64,000 bases of DNA from an uncultured Clostridia bacterium (GCA_948562205.1 CAOYAN010000009.1:187-64186), one strand, 5' to 3'. Positions 47,882-59,603 are shown, counted from the first letter of the stretch. Program-made: numbers and translations. The notes: generated by a model from the sequence alone, not told the origin.

Positions 47882-48103
47882 CTATTTCATCCAATCTTTT
47901 TTCCCAAGTACTGCATTATTTAATTCATCATAACTTAAATTATATAAATCTGAAATAATAGTACATGTAGCTTTATAATATTCATAACTATAGTTTCTTT
48001 TTACCTCTATTAGCAGTTCTAAAGCTTTACTAAGAGGTCTTTTTTCTTTTAATTTTTCTTTTTGTTTCTTTTTAGGATTTGTTTCTTTTTCTAATTTACT
48101 CAT
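47882..48103 (-). CDS. hypothetical small basic protein (73 aa)
   Basis: RBS AAGGAGG upstream on the minus strand; Lys-rich N-terminus. Confidence 0.45.
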   Translation of the reverse strand: MSKLEKETNPKKKQKEKLKEKRPLSKALELLIEVKRNYSYEYYKATCTIISDLYNLSYDELNNAVLGKKDWMK

Positions 48104-48340
48104 AATATTTCCTCCTTTAGAGAATATAGGCTTGATAAAAATTATCTTATCAATAAAAAAATTAACAAGCTTAGTATACTACTAAAAATATTAAATGTAA
48201 ATAGTAAAAATATGGATAGAAAAAATAATTAGTAAATTTGTAAAAATAAATCAATTAAAATGCATATATTTTAAGATAAATGTAGTAATCTTTCAATTAT
48301 TATGATATACTTTTATAAAATATAGTTAGGGAGAAAATAA

Positions 48341-48994
48341 ATGCAAGATAAATATAAGTTGACATTAGAACAAAATATATTTTTTGCTAAAAGAAATTTA
48401 GTAGATAATATATATGCTAACGCTAAAATGGAGGAAATTAATATAACTTTAGAGCAAATAAAAACAATACTAGATGGTGTAAGTGTTTCTAATTTAAGAA
48501 TAGATGAGATTGAATGTATTCTTAATTTAAGGGATGCTTGGAAATATATTATAACACATATAGAGGATGAATTTAATCTAGAATATATATGTAAAATAAA
48601 TTCTTTAGTAGCAAGAAATGAAAGTCTAAAATGGGGAGTTTTAAGAACTGGTAAAGTTGAAATAACTGGTACAAAGTATATCCCATCAATTCCAAAGAAA
48701 GATAAAGTATTAGAAGAAATAAGAAATATATTAAAAATAAAAAATACTACTGAAAAAGCAATAGAATATATGTTATATGGAATGAGAAATCAATTATTTT
48801 GGGATGGAAATAAAAGAACTAGTACAATATGTGCTAATAAGATTATGATACAAAATGGAGCTGGAATTATTAAAGTATCAGAAGAAAATTTGGAGGAATT
48901 TAATACCTTACTTAAAGAGTTTTATGATACAAATGAAAAAGAGAAAATAAAATCATTTATATATGAAAAGTGCATAGATGGTATTTCATTTTAA
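48341..48994 (+). CDS. Fic/Doc-family protein with a degenerate active-site motif
   Basis: QLFWDGNKRTSTICAN aligns to HxFx(D/E)GN(G/K)RxxR, with His replaced by Gln. Confidence 0.65.
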   Translation: MQDKYKLTLEQNIFFAKRNLVDNIYANAKMEEINITLEQIKTILDGVSVSNLRIDEIECILNLRDAWKYIITHIEDEFNLEYICKINSLVARNESLKWGVLRTGKVEITGTKYIPSIPKKDKVLEEIRNILKIKNTTEKAIEYMLYGMRNQLFWDGNKRTSTICANKIMIQNGAGIIKVSEENLEEFNTLLKEFYDTNEKEKIKSFIYEKCIDGISF

Positions 48995-49102
48995 CTTATT
49001 TCAATTTATGAATATTTTTAATTATATGGCGTTAATATATTGATTTTGTAATAAATTTGATGTATAATATATATAATAAAAATGATAATTAATTATCATT
49101 TA

Positions 49103-49218
49103 TAAAAAGTTAGAATACCCTTGCTATAGTAGGGAATTAAAAAAGTAGGAATATCCTTGCCAAAGTAGGAAATTAAAAAAGTAGGAATATCCTTGCCAAA
49201 GTAGGAAATTAAAAAAGT
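49103..49218 (+). ncRNA. ToxI/antiQ-like type III antitoxin RNA: 36-nt tandem repeats (about 3.2 units)
   Basis: 49139-49174 and 49175-49210 are identical (AAAAAAGTAGGAATATCCTTGCCAAAGTAGGAAATT); 49103-49138 is a diverged copy; an 8-nt partial unit follows. Confidence 0.75.
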
Positions 49219-49255
49219 GATATGGCAATTTTCGAATTGCCATATCTTTTGTTTT
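49219..49255 (+). terminator. intrinsic terminator between the repeat RNA and the toxin gene
   Basis: GATATGGCAATT-TTCG-AATTGCCATATC, then TTTTGTTTT. Confidence 0.75.
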
Positions 49256-49267
49256 AAGGAGAAATAG

Positions 49268-49753
49268 ATGAAAAATTTAAAAATATATTATATAAGTGAA
49301 AGCTATGTTAATTATTTAAGGCAATTTGATAAAAATGTTGCATATAATAAAAATACTAAAAGACCATATATTGGAATTGTATATACATATAACAATTATA
49401 ATTATTTTTCACCATTAGCATCCCCTAAAGAAAAGCATAAAAATATAAATTCAAAAGCATTAGATATTTTTAAAATAAAAGATGGAGAACTTGGTGTTGT
49501 TAATATAAATAATATGATTCCAACTCCAATTGAAGAACTAACAGAAGTTTTACCATGCATAACTGATGAAAAATACAAAAAAATGTTAGAAGGGCAATTA
49601 ACTTTTTTAAATAACCATAAATCAGATTTGTTAAAAAAGGTAAATAATTTTCAAAATATGTATAGAAAAGGGCATTTAAATAAAAGTGTTTTAGATAGAT
49701 GTTGTAACTTTTTATTACTTGAAGAAAAATTTAAGGAGTATGTAAAAGAATAA
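49268..49753 (+). CDS. ToxN/AbiQ-family type III toxin endoribonuclease
   Basis: 161 aa; N-terminus MK..KIYYIS..YV.YL..FD..V, then YIGIV...F.PL.SPK.KH, and C-terminal CNF.LLEEK; preceded by repeats and a terminator. Confidence 0.82.
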   Translation: MKNLKIYYISESYVNYLRQFDKNVAYNKNTKRPYIGIVYTYNNYNYFSPLASPKEKHKNINSKALDIFKIKDGELGVVNINNMIPTPIEELTEVLPCITDEKYKKMLEGQLTFLNNHKSDLLKKVNNFQNMYRKGHLNKSVLDRCCNFLLLEEKFKEYVKE

Positions 49754-49842
49754 TATATAATATAATTGTGATTTAAAAAATTATTTATATATTTCTTGCA
49801 AATGGTAATAATATATAGTAAAATAAAGTTAAATTAATAACT

Positions 49843-49878
49843 GACATATATCGTAACAGTATTGTTACGTTATATGTC
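49843..49878. other. 16-bp inverted repeat (1 mismatch) 25 nt upstream of the ligA start
   Basis: GACATATATCGTAACA-GTAT-TGTTACGTTATATGTC. Confidence 0.6.
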
Positions 49879-49891
49879 TATGTGTATTTAA

Positions 49892-51925
<2,034 letters not shown>

Positions 51926-51935
51926 GGGGGAAAAT

Positions 51936-54900
51936 ATGAATCCATTTATATCAAATATATCAAAAAGTATAAGTTATAAAAATATACTAAAAGATATAAA
52001 AAATAAAAGTAATAATTTAAGTATAATTGGACTTACTGATAGTAGTAAAGCTCATATTATATCTTCTTTAACTAGTGAGAGTAATAAAAGTTCACTTATA
52101 GTTTGTAGTAATAGTATTACTGCAAATAAAATTATTCAAGATTTAAAGTTTTTTACAGATATTGATGTGTCATATTTCCCTGCAAGAAAAATTGAATACT
52201 ATGATATAGAGGCAGAGACAAAAGATTTTTCAAATATTAGAATGGAAATAATTGAAAAAATTAATAGTGGTAATTTGAATATAATAGTTACCACTATTGA
52301 TGCACTTCTTGTAAAAATGCTACCTAGTACAAACTATAAAGGACAGGATTTAACACTTAAAGTAGGAGATAGTATTGATTTGTCAGAACTTGTAGAAAAT
52401 CTTGTAAAACTTGGGTTTGAGAGAAGTGAAACTGTTGAAGGAAAAGGTCAATTTGCAATACGTGGTGGAATAATTGACTTATATAATTTAAACAATGAGT
52501 ATCCATATAGAATAGAGCTTTTTGGAAATGAGATAGATAGTATTAGAACTTTTGATCCATTTACTCAAAGAAGTATTGATACTGTAAAAGAAATTCATAC
52601 ATCATATGTTTCAGATAACCTTATAAGTTCTGACAAGAAAAATATTATTATTGATAAATTAGAAAAGCTATTGGAAAATAAAGATATTTCAGATGATCTT
52701 AAAAACAATATATCAAAAGATATTGAAAAAATTGAAAGTGGTATGTTAGATAGTGTATTAGATAAATATTTTGACTTAATAGTACCATATTATGAAACAT
52801 TACTAGACTATGTAAAAGATTATAACATATATATTGATGAGCCATTAAAAAACATGGAAAAAGCAAGAAATATATGCTATGAAAATACAGAAACTATAAA
52901 AATTTTAGGTGATAGAGAATATATATATACGCCATATGCCAATAAATATATTACTTATGAAGAAGTAGAGAAAAAAATAAAAGATATGACAAATATATAT
53001 ATGGAAAAAATTAATACAGATAAATTAATTCATTCAAGTAGAAAATCATATTATTTGAATACTAGAGAAGAAAATTACTACAAAAATAGTATGGAAGTAT
53101 TACTAAGTGATATTAATAGATCAAAAGATAAAATTGTAATACTTGTTTTTTCTACTCTTGCAAGAGTAGATCAGATAAAAGGATATCTTTTATCAAATAA
53201 AGTAGATGTAGTAGAAGTAGATAATGTATTATCTAAAGATAGACTAGATAAGGGAAATGTCTATATAACGAAGGGGATATTATCTGGTGGATTTTCTAGT
53301 GAGGAATTTAATCTTTTAATTATTGCAGAACCTGTAAGTGGAGTAAATACTACTAAGGTTAAAAAACTTAAGAAAACTAGTATTGGACAAAGTATTAATA
53401 CATATGCTGATTTAGAAGTAGGAGATTATGTAGTACATGAAAATCATGGAATAGGAATATATAGAGGCGTTGAGACTATAAGCGTTCAGGAAACTAGGAA
53501 AGATTATATTAAAATTGAATACTCAGATAAGGGGATGCTATATGTTCCTATAACTCAACTTGATTCTGTTGGAAAGTTTGTATGTGATGATGATACATTG
53601 CCAAAACTTAATTCACTTGGTACTAAAGAATGGCAAAAAACAAAGTCTAAGGTTACAAAGCATGTAGAAGAAATTGCAAAAGAGCTTGTATTACTTTATG
53701 CTAAAAGAGAAAAAGCTGTAGGATTTGCTTTCTCACCTGATACTCCATGGCAAGCTGAGTTTGAAGAATCATTTAAATATGAACTTACTAAAGATCAGAA
53801 AACATCTTTAGAAGAAATAAAAAAAGATATGGAAGACGAAAAGCCTATGGATAGGCTACTTTGTGGGGATGTTGGATATGGTAAAACAGAACTTGCACTA
53901 AGGGCGGCTTTTAAAGCTGTAATGGATGGAAAGCAAGTAGCTTATCTTGTTCCTACAACTGTACTTTCACTTCAACAATATAGAACTTTTAAAAGTAGAA
54001 TGGAAAGTTTTGGAATAAGAGTTGAGATGCTTAGTAGATTTAAGAGTCAAAAAGAACAAACACAGATTTTAAAGAAGCTTATTGATGGACAAATTGATGT
54101 AATTGTTGGAACACATAGACTTCTTTCAAAAGATGTATTTTTTAAAGATTTAGGACTTCTTATAATTGATGAGGAGCATAGATTTGGTGTAAAAGCTAAA
54201 GAGGCTATAAAAGTGTTAAAGGAGACAATTGATGTATTATCAATGACTGCTACACCAATTCCAAGAACTCTACATATGTCAATGATTGGTATAAGACAAA
54301 TGAGTACTTTAACAGAGCCACCAATGGAGAGACTTCCAGTACATACATATGTTGTAGAATATGATGATAACTTGATAAAAGATGCAATTGAAAAGGAACT
54401 TTTAAGAGATGGTCAAGTAATTTATTTAAATAATAGAGTTGAGGCAATTGATGAAGTAACAGAGCGTGTTAGAAGATTAGTTCCAAATGCAAGAATTGGT
54501 AGTGCACATGGTCAGATGAATCCTGAGCAAGTTGAAAATATAATGTTAAAATTTATAAAACATGAGCTTGATATAATAGTTTGTACAACAATATTAGAAT
54601 CTGGTATTGATATACCAAATGCCAATACTTTAGTTGTAGAAAACTCTGATAAACTAGGTCTTGCACAATTATACCAAATAAGGGGGAGAGTTGGACGTTC
54701 TAATAAACTTGCATATGCATATATTACATATGAGAAAAATAAACAATTATCAGAAGTCTCAGAAAAAAGACTTAAAGCTATAAGAGATTTTACAGAGTTT
54801 GGAAGTGGATTTAAGATAGCTCTAAGAGATCTAGAAATTAGAGGAGCAGGTAATTTACTTGGTAGAGAACAACATGGTCATATGGCAAAAGTAGGTTATG

Positions 54901-55355
54901 AGCTGTACTTAACAATGCTTGAGCGTGCTGTAGCACAAGAAAAACAAGGAAAGAATATATCTGCTATAGGTGATGTTCAAAAAGAAGTTAAGATTGATAT
55001 AGATATATCAGCATATATTAGTGATATGTATATTAAAGATCCAATACAAAAAATACTTATGTATCAAAAAATTTCTGATATAAAGTGTGAAGAAGATAGT
55101 TTAGAAGTAATAGATGAATTACTTGATAGATATGGTGACCTACCTAAAGAGACTGAAAATTTAATTAAAATTGTAGAAATAAGAAATGAAGCAAGAAAAC
55201 TTGGAATTACTAGAATTGTTGCAAATAGAGACTTTATAAAATTTGAACCTTTAAGTCATGTTATAAGATTGACAAATATTACAAATAATGATATACTAAT
55301 TCGTGTACAGTTAGAGATTAGTAAATATAAGAATTTATTAGAAGAAAAGGGGTAA
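51936..55355 (+). CDS. mfd: transcription-repair coupling factor
   Basis: UvrB-homology N-terminus; CarD-like region (GDYVVHENHGIG); helicase motifs GDVGYGKTE, DEEHRFG, TATPIPRT. Confidence 0.95.
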   Translation: MNPFISNISKSISYKNILKDIKNKSNNLSIIGLTDSSKAHIISSLTSESNKSSLIVCSNSITANKIIQDLKFFTDIDVSYFPARKIEYYDIEAETKDFSNIRMEIIEKINSGNLNIIVTTIDALLVKMLPSTNYKGQDLTLKVGDSIDLSELVENLVKLGFERSETVEGKGQFAIRGGIIDLYNLNNEYPYRIELFGNEIDSIRTFDPFTQRSIDTVKEIHTSYVSDNLISSDKKNIIIDKLEKLLENKDISDDLKNNISKDIEKIESGMLDSVLDKYFDLIVPYYETLLDYVKDYNIYIDEPLKNMEKARNICYENTETIKILGDREYIYTPYANKYITYEEVEKKIKDMTNIYMEKINTDKLIHSSRKSYYLNTREENYYKNSMEVLLSDINRSKDKIVILVFSTLARVDQIKGYLLSNKVDVVEVDNVLSKDRLDKGNVYITKGILSGGFSSEEFNLLIIAEPVSGVNTTKVKKLKKTSIGQSINTYADLEVGDYVVHENHGIGIYRGVETISVQETRKDYIKIEYSDKGMLYVPITQLDSVGKFVCDDDTLPKLNSLGTKEWQKTKSKVTKHVEEIAKELVLLYAKREKAVGFAFSPDTPWQAEFEESFKYELTKDQKTSLEEIKKDMEDEKPMDRLLCGDVGYGKTELALRAAFKAVMDGKQVAYLVPTTVLSLQQYRTFKSRMESFGIRVEMLSRFKSQKEQTQILKKLIDGQIDVIVGTHRLLSKDVFFKDLGLLIIDEEHRFGVKAKEAIKVLKETIDVLSMTATPIPRTLHMSMIGIRQMSTLTEPPMERLPVHTYVVEYDDNLIKDAIEKELLRDGQVIYLNNRVEAIDEVTERVRRLVPNARIGSAHGQMNPEQVENIMLKFIKHELDIIVCTTILESGIDIPNANTLVVENSDKLGLAQLYQIRGRVGRSNKLAYAYITYEKNKQLSEVSEKRLKAIRDFTEFGSGFKIALRDLEIRGAGNLLGREQHGHMAKVGYELYLTMLERAVAQEKQGKNISAIGDVQKEVKIDIDISAYISDMYIKDPIQKILMYQKISDIKCEEDSLEVIDELLDRYGDLPKETENLIKIVEIRNEARKLGITRIVANRDFIKFEPLSHVIRLTNITNNDILIRVQLEISKYKNLLEEKG

Positions 55356-55359
55356 AAAA

Positions 55360-56451
55360 ATGGAAAAAAATGAAGAAGAAGTAACAAAAAAAGCAATATC
55401 TAAAAAAGTAAAAGGAGCAAATACAGATAAAATTGTAATAGCTTCTATTGTAGTAATTTGTGTAGTATTTGCATTTGCTATATTTGGAGTATTTTATTAT
55501 AATACAAATTTAAAACCAATTGCAAAATTTGATGGTGGAACGCTAACTATTTCAGAATATACAGTATATTATAAAATGTATGCACAATATTTAACATATT
55601 CTGGATATAGTGAAGAAGATATACCAAATGAAATAGCACAACAAGCAGCACTTGAGAAAATACTTGTTACAGAAGCTAAAAATGCTGGTATGAAAATATC
55701 AGATGAAGATAAAAAAGAAATAGATGAAATGTTTCAAGAAGAAGATACAGTTGCACAATATAAACAAATGGGATTTGATATGACTGCACTTAAAAATGTA
55801 TTTTATGATAATGCAATAATAAATGAATATATGGAAAAATTACAACAAGAAGCAACAGATGAGGAAATCTCAAATTATATTAAGTCTTCATATGGTGAAG
55901 ATGCTGATCTTACTGAATACGTAACAAGACATATTTTATTTAAAACTGTTGATACTAATACAAGACAACCATTATCAGATGAAGAAAAAGCAGCTGCAAA
56001 AGAGAAGGCTGAAGCTATTCTTGCTAGAGCATTAAATGGAGAAGACTTTGAAACACTTGCAAGAGAAAACTCAGAAGATACTACAGCTCAAGATGGTGGA
56101 CTATATAAAATGTATGCAGATGGTAGAACTGATAGTGCATATTCAAAAGCTGTAATGGAATTACAAGTGGGTGGAATAACAGCTACTCTTGTAGAATCAA
56201 GTTATGGATATCATATAATAAAACTTGATGATAAAGTTGAAAATGGTAGAATAAATAGTGAAACTGAAAGATCAAGCTATGTAAATAGAAAAATAACTAC
56301 TATAACTGAAGAGAAAAATCTCCAAGTTGATGAAATAGCACTTGCAAAAGCTGTTGAGACTATTACAGGTAAAAAAGCTACAAGCACAAACAATACAGTT
56401 GAAAACGAAACATCAAATGAAACAGTAGATAACACTACTACAGAAGAATAA
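55360..56451 (+). CDS. membrane-anchored parvulin-type peptidyl-prolyl isomerase (PrsA/SurA-like)
   Basis: N-terminal TM segment; parvulin core HILF...GG....S.YGYHIIKL. Confidence 0.8.
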   Translation: MEKNEEEVTKKAISKKVKGANTDKIVIASIVVICVVFAFAIFGVFYYNTNLKPIAKFDGGTLTISEYTVYYKMYAQYLTYSGYSEEDIPNEIAQQAALEKILVTEAKNAGMKISDEDKKEIDEMFQEEDTVAQYKQMGFDMTALKNVFYDNAIINEYMEKLQQEATDEEISNYIKSSYGEDADLTEYVTRHILFKTVDTNTRQPLSDEEKAAAKEKAEAILARALNGEDFETLARENSEDTTAQDGGLYKMYADGRTDSAYSKAVMELQVGGITATLVESSYGYHIIKLDDKVENGRINSETERSSYVNRKITTITEEKNLQVDEIALAKAVETITGKKATSTNNTVENETSNETVDNTTTEE

Positions 56452-56464
56452 AATAGGAGATATT

Positions 56465-57274
56465 ATGGATACAATTATTAGTAAATCTAATGAAAAAGTA
56501 AAATTTATAAAATCACTAAATGATAAGAAATTTAGAAATAAATATATGGCTTTTTACATAGAGGGAATAAAAGTTGTAACTGAGATATTGAATTTGAAAG
56601 AAGCGATAGACATTATGTTTATCGCTTATTCTAAAGATTTACTTGAAAATTCAAATGGAGGCACTACACTTTTACAAAGAATTGAAAATGAAAAAAGCAT
56701 AGAAAGTTTAAGTTTTAGTAAAGAAGTATTTAAATATATAACTGATACTGTAACACCACAAGGAGTACTTGCAGTTGTAAAAATACCAGAATATAATGTT
56801 TTTGATGAAATTGATAAAACAAAATCTGACATATTAATTTTAGATAAAGTTCAAGATTTAGGAAATCTTGGTACAATAATTAGAAGTGCTAATTCTTTTG
56901 ATACACGACTTATAATATGTAATGTTGGTACTGCAGATATATATTCACCAAAGGTTGTACGCTCAACAATGGGCTCTATCTTTAAAGTTAAAGTAGTATA
57001 TACATCCAAAATATTAGAAGCAATCAAGTATTTAAGAGATAAAGGCTATGATGTTATTGGTACAAGCTTAAAAACTAATAATAATTTAAAAGATTTAGAT
57101 TATTCAAATAAACATGTATATGTTATGGGAAATGAGGCAAATGGAGTAGATATAGAGATTTTAAATAGTTGTAGCAGTCTTGTAAAGATTGATATGGAGA
57201 ATACAGCAGAATCACTTAATGTATCTATTGCAACAAGTATAATACTTTATGAAGCGTATAAAAATAAGAAGTAA
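56465..57274 (+). CDS. TrmH/SpoU-family RNA 2'-O-methyltransferase
   Basis: DPGNLGTIIRSA-like DLGNLGTIIRSA; GNE..G; SLNVS.A motifs. Confidence 0.85.
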   Translation: MDTIISKSNEKVKFIKSLNDKKFRNKYMAFYIEGIKVVTEILNLKEAIDIMFIAYSKDLLENSNGGTTLLQRIENEKSIESLSFSKEVFKYITDTVTPQGVLAVVKIPEYNVFDEIDKTKSDILILDKVQDLGNLGTIIRSANSFDTRLIICNVGTADIYSPKVVRSTMGSIFKVKVVYTSKILEAIKYLRDKGYDVIGTSLKTNNNLKDLDYSNKHVYVMGNEANGVDIEILNSCSSLVKIDMENTAESLNVSIATSIILYEAYKNKK

Positions 57275-57428
57275 AAAAATTAATAAATTTTATAAAAAAT
57301 GTATAAAATTTTAAGAATTACACATTATATTATTAAGTATATCATTAGTTTAAAATATATTAAAAATAATATATAAAACAAAGATATGATATGCGTTAAG
57401 TACTTGCTATGTATTTATATGGCAAGTG

Positions 57429-57467
57429 AAAAACATGGACATTTTTTTATCAAGTCCATGTTTTTTT
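57429..57467. terminator. bidirectional intrinsic terminator
   Basis: AAAAACATGGAC pairs with GTCCATGTTTTT. Confidence 0.65.
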
Positions 57468-57551
57468 ATATATAATATTTTAATAAAATAAATAGTGTTT
57501 TGCAAAAATATATGTTATACTAAAAATATATAAATTTTAAAGGAGGATAAT

Positions 57552-58249
57552 ATGATAGACTTTACTAAATGTCTAGAAATGTTAAATAGTTATAAAGGGT
57601 CTGAGAAGAAAAAAACTTTAATATATTATATATAATGGAAATCAAAAAATTGTTTGTGCTTGTGAAGATTTTACTGATGAGAATAATATATTATATGAAT
57701 TTGAAAATTTAGCATTAAGTAATAATCCAAATAGAAAAATTGAAACTGAATTTAGAGATATAATTGAGGTTATAGAAACAAATGCATGATAAATAGTACT
57801 AATATAAGAGAGAAATTTTTTGATATGTTCATTGTGGATAGCTTAATAGGTAATACAGATAGACACAATGGTAATTGGGGAATATTAATAAGAAAGATAG
57901 TGTTATTTTATTTGCACCAATATATGATTGTGGATCATGCTTAAATCCTATTTTAGAAGATAGAGAAATAGAAGAATTAACTAATGCTGAAATGAAAAAT
58001 TTAGCAATAAATTCATATTCATGTATAAAAGAAAATGGCAAGAAAATTAATTATATGTCATATATTAGTTCTATGAAAAATGAAGAATGTAACAAAGCTA
58101 TACAAAGAATATTTAAAAGAATTAATTTAGATAAAATAAATAGATTTATTGATAGCATTGATTGTATGTCTGTATCAAGAAAAAACTTTTATAAGAAAAT
58201 GATAGAGATAAGATATAATATATTAAATGATGTGTATAATAAACTATAA
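57552..58249 (+). pseudogene. degraded HipA-C-like kinase gene (at least 3 frame disruptions plus an internal deletion)
   Basis: Fragments in three frames: MIDFTKC..KGSEKKK; NGNQKIVCACEDFTDE; FDMFIVDSLIGNTDRHNGNWGILI; VILFAPIYDCGSCLNP... Confidence 0.65.
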
Positions 58250-58258
58250 TAAAATCAA

Positions 58259-58296
58259 GTGAAAGATTTTTTAAAATATAGAAAATCTTTCAGTAA
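58259..58296 (+). repeat. 38-nt direct repeat, copy 1 (contains an 11-bp internal hairpin)
   Basis: GTGAAAGATTTTTTAAAATATAGAAAATCTTTCAGTAA. Confidence 0.9.
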
Positions 58297-58354
58297 TAGT
58301 GAAAGATATTGACAAAATTGAAAAACTATAATATAATAGCTTTGAGGTGGTGTT

Positions 58355-59551
58355 ATGATTTATAGAGAACATTATATAGCTCCAGTACGTGAATTTTATG
58401 ACTCTGATTTAATAAAAATTATAACTGGAATAAGACGTTCTGGAAAGTCTATAATATTGGAACAAATAAAAAATGAAATAGGTGAAAAAACAGATAATGT
58501 AATATATTTAAATTTTGAAGATAAAAGAGTTTTAGCTAATATTTTAAATAGTGACGCTCTAATAGAATATATTGAAAATAATAGAAAAGATGGAAAATGT
58601 TATATATTTTTAGATGAAATTCAAATGTTAAATGGTTGGCAAGAGGCATGTAAAACATTAAGATTATATAATAATTCTATTTTTATAACAGGATCAAATT
58701 CTAAATTATTATCAAAAGAATTTACAAAAGAGTTAAGTGGAAGATATGTATCTTTTAAAGTGAGACCTTTTGTGTATAAAGAAATTTTAGAATATACTAA
58801 AGAACTTGGAAAAGAATACCAAATAGCAGAATATCTTATATGGGGAGGATTTCCTAAGATTTTTGAGTTTGATACATTAGATGCTAGAATAAGATATTTA
58901 AATGATTTAGATGATACTATTGTAATTAATGATTTAATTAATAGGTATAAGATTAAAAAAGAAAATTTATTTAAAAATTTGGTTAATTATATTTTACGTT
59001 CTAATAGTAGAATAGTATCAGCAAATTCTATACGTGATTATATAAAAGGAAAAAACGAAGAATGTTCTATAAATACTATAATCAAATATATAAGCTATTT
59101 AGAAGAAGCTTATATTATTGAAAATGTACGACAATTTTCTACTAAAACTAAAAGTGAACTTGCATATTATTTAAAAACATATGATACTGATGTTTCATTT
59201 AATTCAATTAGATGTATGGACAATAGATATGACATTACTCATAATTTAGAAAATATAGTATATAATGAATTAATCTATATGGGATATAAAGTAAATGTAT
59301 TTAATAATAATGGTAGAGAAATTGATTTTATTGCTAAAAAAGAAAACAAAACTTATTATATACAAGTTGCATATAGTATTGCTGAAGATAAAACATATGA
59401 GCGTGAATTTTCAGCATTTAAAAATTTAGATAATTTATCACAAAAAATAATAATTACAAATGATGAAATAGATTATTCTACAAGTGTAGTTAAGCATATT
59501 AAATTAAAAGATTTTTTACTTATGGAATCTTTAGATGATGATATTAGATAA
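58355..59551 (+). CDS. AAA-type ATPase with a C-terminal DUF4143/PD-(D/E)XK-like domain
   Basis: Walker A GIRRSGKS; Walker B FLDEIQ; C-terminal GREIDFIA...Q nuclease-fold-like motif. Confidence 0.8.
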   Translation: MIYREHYIAPVREFYDSDLIKIITGIRRSGKSIILEQIKNEIGEKTDNVIYLNFEDKRVLANILNSDALIEYIENNRKDGKCYIFLDEIQMLNGWQEACKTLRLYNNSIFITGSNSKLLSKEFTKELSGRYVSFKVRPFVYKEILEYTKELGKEYQIAEYLIWGGFPKIFEFDTLDARIRYLNDLDDTIVINDLINRYKIKKENLFKNLVNYILRSNSRIVSANSIRDYIKGKNEECSINTIIKYISYLEEAYIIENVRQFSTKTKSELAYYLKTYDTDVSFNSIRCMDNRYDITHNLENIVYNELIYMGYKVNVFNNNGREIDFIAKKENKTYYIQVAYSIAEDKTYEREFSAFKNLDNLSQKIIITNDEIDYSTSVVKHIKLKDFLLMESLDDDIR

Positions 59552-59565
59552 ATATTAAAATTATA

Positions 59566-59603
59566 GTGAAAAATTTTTTAAAATATAGAAAATCTTTCAG
59601 TAA
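59566..59603 (+). repeat. 38-nt direct repeat, copy 2 (37/38 identical to copy 1)
   Basis: GTGAAAAATTTTTTAAAATATAGAAAATCTTTCAGTAA. Confidence 0.9.

Noticed and set aside
49103-49218. Possible CRISPR array
   Set aside because: The repeats are directly tandem with no spacers, and no cas genes are present. The architecture fits a type III antitoxin RNA instead.
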